The notes beneath the pieces are model-generated. The model ran no database searches. It was not told the DNA's origin and saw nothing but the letters and a program-made list of their open reading frames with translations. From IMG/VR virus record IMGVR_UViG_3300029653_000083, positions 138,236 to 202,235 of that record: a stretch of 64,000 nucleotides of DNA; one strand, written 5' to 3'. Source of the DNA: a virus. Its lineage: Duplodnaviria > Heunggongvirae > Uroviricota > Caudoviricetes. The translations under genes and the position numbers were made by a program. Numbering within the stretch: the first letter of the stretch is position 1; the number at the start of each line of letters is the position of its first letter. This document shows, in pieces, positions 19,601 through 27,900 of this stretch.

Positions 19601-22600
19601 CGCCACCCATGATTTGGGTGTTGGCGGTGAGACCGTTCAGGTCAAGTATCCGACCATCACCACGCACGTGTCCTCCACGAGCGTCGGTGTCGGAGAGGAC
19701 TTCTACGACACCGCCGACATCAAGGGTGTCGTCCACGCGGGTGACTTCGTGGTGTTCCGCGCCTACGATGCGGTCGGTGAGAAGCCTGACACAAACGCCA
19801 GCCTTCTGCTGAAAGACCAGAAGGTCAACATCACTGCGGCTCAGGCGAAGGATTCCGCTCAGGACAAGACCGTGACCGTCAAGTCCAAGACCGTCAACAC
19901 CATGAACGGTGGAAACGTGTATTGGAAGGCAACCCTGTACGACAAGCAGGGACGCCAGCTTGCCACCCACGACCTTGGACTTCCGGAAGAAACCGTCACG
20001 GTTCGTCCTCCGACCATCACCACCCAAGTGACCAAGGGCAAGGTCAAGCCGAGCGAGGAGTTCGCTGATAAGGCGACCATCTCCGGTAAGGTGCTCAAAG
20101 GTTCCTACGTCACGTTCACCGCTTACGACGCGGTATCCGGCGACCCGGATGCCAATGCTCCTAAGCTGTTGGACAACGTGCGTGTGAACATCAAGGACTC
20201 CGATGCGGAAGCTTCCGCGTCCAAGAAGTTCACCGTCACCAGCCCTACCACCCACACCGATAACTCCGGTTCCGTGTACTGGGTTGCGACTCTGTGGTCT
20301 CCGCAAGGCAAGCAGTTGGCTTCCCACGATTTGGGTCTGCCGTCCGAAACCGTTCAGGTGAATCCGGGTGGTATCGTCACGTCCAACGCGCAGAAGATGG
20401 GTGCGACCGGCGAGCAACTGTACGATGAAATCACCGTTTACGATGAGACCAGTGAGGCCGAGTCCGCTGATGGTCAGGTTCACGAGGGTGAAGGCAACAG
20501 CAATCCGACCGGCGTCATCGGTCGTATTCCGCAAGGCTCCACCGTCACCGTGGAAATGTACCGTCAGGCCGAAGAGGATGACGGCGACCAAGGCTTGTTC
20601 AAGATTGCCGAGAAGACCGTCACCATCGACACCAACAAGTTCACCGCAATCAAGGCCGGTCAGGAAGGCAACCGTCCGGGCAAGCTGACTTTCAAGGTCA
20701 CTGACCCGAGCTTCAAGACCACCAAGGCTGGCATGATTTACTGGAAGGCCACGTTGAAGACCCCGCAGGGCGGCGTGCTCGACCAGCATATCTACGGTGA
20801 AAAGGGTTCCGACCACAAGACCGGTTACAAGAGTTACGAACGCACCCCGGTGCAGAAGTTCTCCACCACCGTGTCCAAGAAGTGGCTGAGCGACGCGAAC
20901 GGCAATTACGAGGACAAGACCACGCAAATCTACGACGTGCTCCACCAGACCTCGTATGAGCAGTTCGACGGCGAATCCATCGACGGAGACACCTACACCA
21001 CCGGCAAGACCGCCCAAACACCGAACGGTGCCAAAGTCCAGTTTGAAATCTGGGCCAAGGACGGCGCGAACGCTGGCAAGATGGTCAAGCAGTACAATGC
21101 CGAAGACCTCCCGAAGGTTCGTGAACTCGCCAAGAGCGAAGACCCGGACAAGAACCATCCGTATGTGGGTACCGATGGTCTGGACAACTACCAGAACGTC
21201 AAATCCTCCACGTTCCCGATTCCGTCCGACTGGTCTGCGAACAAGTACTACTACCGTGTGAAGATTACCGTCCCGTCCACCACTCCGGGCGCTGGAACCG
21301 ACCCTGCCGACAACAATCGTGATGTTGTCTGGTATGGCGACGATGACGAGTCCGAAGAGTTCGACGTGATTCACATGGACACCAAGAGCACCGAACCGTT
21401 GTGGCTCGACAGCATGAACGTGTCCGACGAAATCACGTTGAAGGGCAACATTCCGGCTGGCTCCCAGTACGAGGCCGAATTGTGGCGCACAAGCAAGGAT
21501 GGCAACGTCCGTAAGGACGCGGCCACCAAGCAGGATGATTCCGACCATAATGGCATCGCCTCCGAAAAGGTCGCCACCACCGGTCGCGTAAACATTCCGT
21601 CCAAGGCCATCGGCGCCCACCTCAATGGTGTCACCTTCCGCTCCAAGAGCGTGAAGAATCCGGGTGTCGGCTCCTACATCTGGCGTGTGAAGATTTACAC
21701 TCCGGAAATGCCTCACAAGGATGGCAACGGCGTGGGCACTGGTGGAGACACCAGCATGAACTCCGCATTCGGTGTCATCACCAAGGAGTGGATGACCGCC
21801 GCCAAGGCCACCACCGACGCCGATGACTCCCAAGCCGGTGACTACTGGCAGAACGCCACCGCCAAGCAGAAGGGCAATGGCGACGGTTACGCCGACCGTT
21901 GGCTCCTGTTCGACGGCAAGAACATCGCATCCGAGAAGTTCGAGGTCGTGAAGCTGACCACGAACGTGACCGGAACCCCGAACATCCACACCAGCGAAGG
22001 CGAGCATTACGTCGATGTCACCAACGGCAACGATGTGAACGATAAGCTCACCATCACCGGTTATATGCTCAAGGACTACAAGGTCGCGTTCAAGCTGTAC
22101 AAGCAAGCCGAGAATCAGACCGCCGACAAGGACACCGTCGTCAAGACCCTTGACCCGGTTGCCCTGACCGAAGCCCAGAAGACCCTCGACTCCGCTTCCG
22201 TACATCTGACTGACCCCGCCGACTACTACTGGCAGTGGGTGTTCACCAAGCCGGACGGCACCGCCTTCCAGCCTGACAACATCAACCCGGCAGTCTCCGA
22301 TAAGCGCATCAAGGACGAGTCCTTCCACGCCGTCCGCGTGACCACCAGCACCTACAAGTGGGCTTCCAAGAACGGTACCGTTCAGGATGTCGCACGACTC
22401 GAAGGCCACCTGCCTGAGAACGCGACGCTCACCTTCGAGATGCATGATTACGCAACCGGCAAGAAGGTCGCCTCCACCAAGTCCGCCACCCTCAAGGAAC
22501 TGGGCTTCGACAAGTCCAGCATCGACCAGCAGTTGACCAGCCCGAGCCTCAAGGTTCCGGACGCAATCGACTACTACTGGGTTGAGGTTCTGAACCTGCC

Positions 22601-24797
22601 GAAGGATGACCAGAACACTCCGTTGCACACCGGCAAGGACAAGGTCAAGAACGAGTCCTTCCGTTCCATCGAAGCGCAGACCGATATCGCCACCGAACGT
22701 TATGTGGGCACCGTGGTCAAAGACCATGCCGACCTGACCAACGTGAAGTGGAAGCAGTCCGGCGACATCCGCGACGATTTGGCCCAAGGATTGGACGCAC
22801 GCTGGTTCCTGTACAAGCAGGGCGACGGCGATGTGAAGACCGATAAGAAGATTTTCACCGGCGACTACGTACATCTGGCCAGCGGACAGACCGAAGCCTA
22901 CGGCCCCGAACACAAGATGGACGAGGTGGGCGACTACTACTGGGTCATCGAAATCAGCGACCCGAGCACGAATCACAAGGTTGTCAAGCTGGGAACCCAG
23001 CGCGACCCGCGTGAATCGTTCCGCATCGTAAAGGCTTCCTCCGAAGCTCAGGTGGCACAGCAGGTCAACAAGCCCACCAAGGACACCGTGACCATCACCG
23101 GACATCCGGCAGAAGGCACTCTGGTCTCTTGGAACCTGTACAAGACCAATACTGCCGACGACGACGATTATCTGATTGACAAGACTGAGCAGCAGCAGGG
23201 CGAGAGCGAAGGCTCCGACGATACTGACGCCGATGCCGAACCTCAATCCGATAACGGCGAAGCCTCCGACAGCATGCTCGTCGCAAGCTATCAGACCCCG
23301 GCTGATGGTGCTCACCTCATCACCGCCGAGGAAGCCGCCGAAGCGTTGAAGAACGGCAAGGTGACAGTGGAAAGCCCCGAGTATACTCCGACCGAGGTTG
23401 GCGAATACTACTGGGTGTTCAGTCTGACCAGTCCGACGAAGAACCTCGCCGGTGACGGACAGCCGAACAAGCCGCAGAACGATAAGGACACCAGCCATCT
23501 GGAGTCCGAGGACTTCTTCACCGACCGCGCCCATGTGGCCGATGAGACCGTCCAGATTATCGACGCGACCACCAAGACCAAGCCGCTGGGACACGTCGGG
23601 GAGAAGTTCCATGACACCGTGCTCCTGCAAGGACGCGTGCCGGAAGGCTCTCAGGCGGACGCCACCCTCTACCGTCAGGTGGACGGCGACGATTCCAGCA
23701 AGGATGAGGAGGTTCTGACCACGAAGCGCACCACGCTCTCCGAAGGTCAGGCGTTCGCGGACTTGGAGGATGTGACCGTTGACAAGGTTGGCGTGTACTA
23801 CTGGCGTGAGCACGTGTACGTGCCGACCAAGCACACCACCACCGCAGACCACGACAAGAAGGTGGAAGTCGAGAAGACCCCGACCATCACCGGAAAGCCT
23901 CGCGTGAGCAACGAGACCGTCAGCGTGGTCAACGTGACCACCACCACCCACCGTCTGGAAGAATCCGGCATCAAACTTCAGGACAAGGCGAAGATTGAAG
24001 GCAACGTCGTTGACGGCTCCTACATCATCTTCACCCTGTGGAAGCAGTCCGATGGCGACGACTCCAGCAAGGACGAGAAGGTGTTCACCAGCGACAAGGT
24101 GATGCTCAAGGCCGGTCAGAAGGAAGCCGACTCCCCGACCTACGAGGTCAAGGAGACCGGAACCTACTACTGGCGTGAAAGCATCTACAATCCGGTCGAG
24201 GACACCGACATTCCGCCGTGCGTCCCGCCGACCGGAAACACCGACGAAGACCATCCGTGCGACACTCCGGTTCATACCGAGAAGCCGCGCACGCCGGGTG
24301 AAACCACCGACGTGGTGAAGGTCGCGACCAAGGCCCAGAGTAACGGCACCGCCACCAAGCCGGTCAAGGATACCGCCCTCATCGAAGGCAAGATTCCGAA
24401 CGACGACTACGAGCTGGTGTTCGAACTGTGGAAGCAGAACGGCAACGATGTGAAGGACGACCAGAAGGTCGCCACCACCGACGCCGTGAACGTCCCGCAG
24501 AACGCGACCACGGTCGATTCGCCGGAAGTCACCCCGTCCGACGCTGGAACCTACTACTGGCGTGAGAAGCTGGTGGAGAAGTCCACCAAGCGGCTCGTCC
24601 ACTACGGTGAGGCCCGTGTTCCGGGCGAGACCGTAATCGTGGGCGAACTCGCCAAGACCGGTATCGCAAGCGGCTTCATCATTCCGCTCATCGGAATGCT
24701 TGCAGTGCTTGGACTGGGATTGGCGGTCGTTTCCGAAGGAAAGCGTCGCATCGCTTCCCTCTCGAACGGCGCTCATCTGTCCGGCTCCACGAAGTGA
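16695..24797 (+). CDS. giant sortase-anchored adhesin (thioester-domain-like N-terminus, Ig-like repeats)
   Basis: GAGGAG RBS, signal peptide, VYCVE motif, many D.A.I.G...YW...ET repeats, LAKTG + TM. Confidence 0.9.
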   Translation: MGNPLSKTSRKVKDSILKRVGKAAVALVAATATLASGVITTGSALAATTDGPGYWFNATRSGSWWVGTHGSSLGPQRYENGNPVYCVEAGEPVTNTGTWNKATDVNHKVGAWLVEKHKGDSSDFTQASVAYAIHEHLDQGSSHFRQLVAAGLEGADINAVASNAANLWNDAYNTLPANLNAAYAYTSGKRTGTVDPGVKNSSGQYIAGIQYTATLNGPAKFDQTGTNTISGTTTGQAMHIPWTATGNGKVTGHVSINVPTAAVLNSPGQDMMRPSDPENQTADVQFSVSRDFQPTVSTRVSKKQLTRGSPVEDRVTSGVASSDDEWADNVPVKFKGYYFVGDSKHILQVIKKNNGENPTDYLKRLRETDGIRQVAAATTRFIKSGQTNTVKAKAATGGIDYDSVNGLDDYQVSDEDAGLFGTWVWVEVKSDQSQQDYIKGDYIDEFGKTQETSVSVLPPNHDSTVLEQESGMNKDILDEINISRLPSDYGKFTGDTNYGFNADAKAKIRVWWAGSGTGNKDEDEKYVPTTEEEPTQDANHKLVGEWEVPAMNGKYKVGGGKIVLYPSDGSDAKTVATDVNIKVTDKAHCGYYVFIYDFPGSDRAEGFKSAYNNPWERSFVTQDAQPVTLTTNVNKTTVTQGEKFYDTATISGLVPRGSYVTFTAYDAVSGEPDVSTNKLLDNTRVNVTNDQADHSDTTQFEVKSPEISTNKIGKVYWVAKLYNAKGKALAGHAIGLENETIEVVGPSLTTKTSAQQTYVGRPFHDTAVINNKIDAGAYLTFTAYDAVSGKPDTNAAKLLDNKRVDIPADKIASSGAGKSFTVDSPDVTATKAGIVYWKATLYNKGGMELATHELGATGESVLIKNPSITTKVSKEQVSINEEFTDTATINGEIESGDYVTFDAYAPVDGAPNAQGAKLLDSERVNIPAKDVTASQNGQAINVTSPKTHATEGGNVYWKATLHRANGTVLATHDLGVGGETVQVKYPTITTHVSSTSVGVGEDFYDTADIKGVVHAGDFVVFRAYDAVGEKPDTNASLLLKDQKVNITAAQAKDSAQDKTVTVKSKTVNTMNGGNVYWKATLYDKQGRQLATHDLGLPEETVTVRPPTITTQVTKGKVKPSEEFADKATISGKVLKGSYVTFTAYDAVSGDPDANAPKLLDNVRVNIKDSDAEASASKKFTVTSPTTHTDNSGSVYWVATLWSPQGKQLASHDLGLPSETVQVNPGGIVTSNAQKMGATGEQLYDEITVYDETSEAESADGQVHEGEGNSNPTGVIGRIPQGSTVTVEMYRQAEEDDGDQGLFKIAEKTVTIDTNKFTAIKAGQEGNRPGKLTFKVTDPSFKTTKAGMIYWKATLKTPQGGVLDQHIYGEKGSDHKTGYKSYERTPVQKFSTTVSKKWLSDANGNYEDKTTQIYDVLHQTSYEQFDGESIDGDTYTTGKTAQTPNGAKVQFEIWAKDGANAGKMVKQYNAEDLPKVRELAKSEDPDKNHPYVGTDGLDNYQNVKSSTFPIPSDWSANKYYYRVKITVPSTTPGAGTDPADNNRDVVWYGDDDESEEFDVIHMDTKSTEPLWLDSMNVSDEITLKGNIPAGSQYEAELWRTSKDGNVRKDAATKQDDSDHNGIASEKVATTGRVNIPSKAIGAHLNGVTFRSKSVKNPGVGSYIWRVKIYTPEMPHKDGNGVGTGGDTSMNSAFGVITKEWMTAAKATTDADDSQAGDYWQNATAKQKGNGDGYADRWLLFDGKNIASEKFEVVKLTTNVTGTPNIHTSEGEHYVDVTNGNDVNDKLTITGYMLKDYKVAFKLYKQAENQTADKDTVVKTLDPVALTEAQKTLDSASVHLTDPADYYWQWVFTKPDGTAFQPDNINPAVSDKRIKDESFHAVRVTTSTYKWASKNGTVQDVARLEGHLPENATLTFEMHDYATGKKVASTKSATLKELGFDKSSIDQQLTSPSLKVPDAIDYYWVEVLNLPKDDQNTPLHTGKDKVKNESFRSIEAQTDIATERYVGTVVKDHADLTNVKWKQSGDIRDDLAQGLDARWFLYKQGDGDVKTDKKIFTGDYVHLASGQTEAYGPEHKMDEVGDYYWVIEISDPSTNHKVVKLGTQRDPRESFRIVKASSEAQVAQQVNKPTKDTVTITGHPAEGTLVSWNLYKTNTADDDDYLIDKTEQQQGESEGSDDTDADAEPQSDNGEASDSMLVASYQTPADGAHLITAEEAAEALKNGKVTVESPEYTPTEVGEYYWVFSLTSPTKNLAGDGQPNKPQNDKDTSHLESEDFFTDRAHVADETVQIIDATTKTKPLGHVGEKFHDTVLLQGRVPEGSQADATLYRQVDGDDSSKDEEVLTTKRTTLSEGQAFADLEDVTVDKVGVYYWREHVYVPTKHTTTADHDKKVEVEKTPTITGKPRVSNETVSVVNVTTTTHRLEESGIKLQDKAKIEGNVVDGSYIIFTLWKQSDGDDSSKDEKVFTSDKVMLKAGQKEADSPTYEVKETGTYYWRESIYNPVEDTDIPPCVPPTGNTDEDHPCDTPVHTEKPRTPGETTDVVKVATKAQSNGTATKPVKDTALIEGKIPNDDYELVFELWKQNGNDVKDDQKVATTDAVNVPQNATTVDSPEVTPSDAGTYYWREKLVEKSTKRLVHYGEARVPGETVIVGELAKTGIASGFIIPLIGMLAVLGLGLAVVSEGKRRIASLSNGAHLSGSTK

Positions 24798-24807
24798 CGG
24801 ACTGAAC

Positions 24808-24890
24808 CGGTAGGGGAGGGCCGATAGGGTTCCTTCCCTACACCGCCTAGTTTGGGGAGGTGGGAGAGCATGACTCCCCGCCTCCCCAAA
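24808..24890 (+). terminator. tandem GC-rich hairpins between the two giant surface genes
   Basis: GTAGGGGAGG/CCTTCCCTAC and TTTGGGGAGG/CCTCCCCAAA stems. Confidence 0.6.
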
Positions 24891-24942
24891 CTTTTCTTTG
24901 AAGGTCTTTAACATAGAAAGAAAAAATACGGAAAGAGGATAC

Positions 24943-27900
24943 ATGCGTAAACCTATCGCCCTGCTTGCGGCAGGTTCGATGATGCTCATGCCGCTATTGG
25001 GGGCAACGAGTGTCGTGCTGACACCCGTATCGGAGGCTTATGCCGAAACCGCCGATAGCACCGCAAGCGACTATCCGGAAGGTGTCACAGCCTATCTGGA
25101 CGGTACACGGCTAGCGAGCTTCGACCCCTCCGGAAACGGAGTATATGACGCGACGGGACAAACTGTGGAACTGTCCGGTGTGCCCGACGATTGGACGGTG
25201 CAATGGAGAAGCATGGTCAATGGAATCACCAACAAGGATTCCATCATGTACATCCTGTCCAACGGTTCCACCACCTATCGTTACTGGTTCGATGGGGCTG
25301 ACGGCGCGGTTCATACCGTCGAAGAGCTTCACGGCATGACAATCACTTTGAACGGTCAGGCTGTGGACGGCGACATCACCAAGGGATTCACCATCCACAA
25401 CGTGACCGCCAGCGACATGAAGGGATATGAGAACACCCCATACGGTTGGGTGCTCGACGGTGATTCCGAAGACGACCACTACACGTACACCGCCCATCCA
25501 GAGGATTCGGACACGCCAAGCGTCCAATACACGTTCATGTATGACGACACCCGACCCCACGACAGCATCAATTCGTTGAGGAACCTGAAAGCGTATCTGA
25601 CCGTTGACGGCAGCGCCGTGAAAGGATTCGACTACACGCTCGCCAACACCGACACCATCGCCATTCCAATGAACACCGACGTGCGTCTGGAAGGCGTACC
25701 GGACGGCTGGAAAGTTGACTACAACAATCCTTCCACCGGGAAACTGAACCGCGTATACACGCTGACCGGCCCCTGTGGGGACACGTTCACCTACATCTTC
25801 CATCCGACTTCGGATTACAAAGGATACTATTACATCGACCAGCTCCAATACGTCCGGGCATTCGCTGACGGGGAACTGGTTGACGGATTCGACTACAAGG
25901 GAGGCGCATGGAGTTTCCCTGAAACCACCAAGAACGTCGAAATCGCAAACGTACCAGACGACTGGAACACTCAACGTACCGTTAATGGCAACATCATCAC
26001 CTACGTGGTATCCAGTCCGAACAATTCCGTCTCTGTCACCTACGTGTTCAACATCGCCAAACATCAGGCAAGTCTGGACGAACTGGCGAATGTGAAAGCC
26101 ATCGTAGGCGGCAACTATGTTTCCGGATTCAACCCGAAACAGTCCGGTATCTACGAATACGAAGACGGTCAAGGAATCGCCATCGTCAACGTGCCGTCCG
26201 GATGGACTCAGACCACAACCGACGGTGACGGATATAAGGTGTATACGTTGACCAGTGGAGACCTTTCGGTGTCCTACCGTTTCAACAAGCATGTGAAAAC
26301 CTATTCGGTGGACGAGCTTGCCAAAGTGTCAGCTTCTACCGACGACGGCGTGGTTCAGGATTTTAAGCCGATGGAGTCCGGCACCTACACCATTGGAGAG
26401 CACGCTACCGTGTGGATTACCGGCGTGCCCGACGGTTGGGATACCAAATCGTCCGACAATGATATGACCTACACGGTGACTAGTCCCGACGGGAAAATCA
26501 AAGTCGTCTACACGTTCAAACATGCGAAGCACCAGTATTCCGCTTCCGAATTGAAGAACGTCACCGCAAAACTCCCCAACGGAGACTACCTCAACGGCTT
26601 CGACCCGGTCTCCGGTGGTGAATTCACCGTACCGATGGGAACCAAGAACGTGACCATCGGTCATATTCCGAACGGGTGGAACCTCACCAAGAACAATGGA
26701 CTGTCCTACACGCTAACCAGCAATGATGGGGAAGTGTCCGTCTCCTATAAGTTCCATGCGAAGAACGGCCATACGGTAGTCTTCGACACTGATGGAGGAA
26801 CCACTGTCGAATCCCAAACCGTCGAGGATGGGGGAACTATCACACCACCCGACGACTATCCGTCCAAGACCGGCTACCGTTTTAAAGGCTGGTATAAGGA
26901 TGGTGTCCCATACGATTTCACACAACCCGTCTATGATGATGCGGTAATCACAGCCAAGTGGACGGTAAACACTTACGAAGTGTATTTCGACGCCGGAGCC
27001 AGTGACGACTGGTATCCTATGCAGACCATCGCATATGGCGATAAGGTCGTCAAGCCGGTTGACCCGACTTTGGACGGTTACGATTTCGCCGGATGGCTGT
27101 TGGATGGCAAAGTGTACTCGTTCGACACTCCTGTCACCGCCGACATGACCTTGACCGCGTCTTGGAAGACCGCGCAGGTGAAGACGCATACGGTAACTTT
27201 CACCGGTGCGGGAGACGATTTCATCCAAACCGTGGCGGATGGTTCCTCGGCCACTGTTCCAACGGTTCCTTCCAAGAAAGGCTACACGTTCGACGGATGG
27301 TATTCCGGAGACTCCCTGTACGATTTCACCACGCCCGTTACGGATGATTTGACTGTGGAAGCCCATTGGACGAAGAACACGTACACGGTCAGCTTCGACT
27401 CCAATGGCGGAAGCGACGTGGACTCCCAGCAGGTGGAATACAAGGATACGGTGTCCCAGCCGGACAATCCGACATTGGACGGTTATACATTCCAAGGTTG
27501 GACTCTTGACGGCGACCCGTATGACTTCAACACTCCAGTCACCTCCAGCATCACGTTGAAGGCACTATGGTCTAAGAACACGCCAGTAGCCAAAAAACAT
27601 ACGGTCACATTCGACAGTAGCGAGGGAAGCAAGGTCGATAGCCAAACCGTCAAGGAAGGCGACCCCGTGTCCAAGCCTGACAATCCAACCCGTGAAGGAT
27701 ACACGTTCAACGGTTGGCTGTTGGGCGGAGACCCGTATGATTTCACCACTCCCGTCATGCAGGATTTGACGTTGACGGCCTCTTGGACGAAGAACAAGAG
27801 CACGTACACCGTGAAGTTCGATTTGAATGGGGGAGATGGCAATATCGCAGACCAGAAGGTCAAGGAAGGCTCCACCATCGACCGTCCGGCCAATCCGACC

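Noticed and set aside
17982..24989. 2335-aa minus-strand ORF
   Set aside because: Antisense shadow of the GC3-biased 2700-aa adhesin; no motifs or RBS
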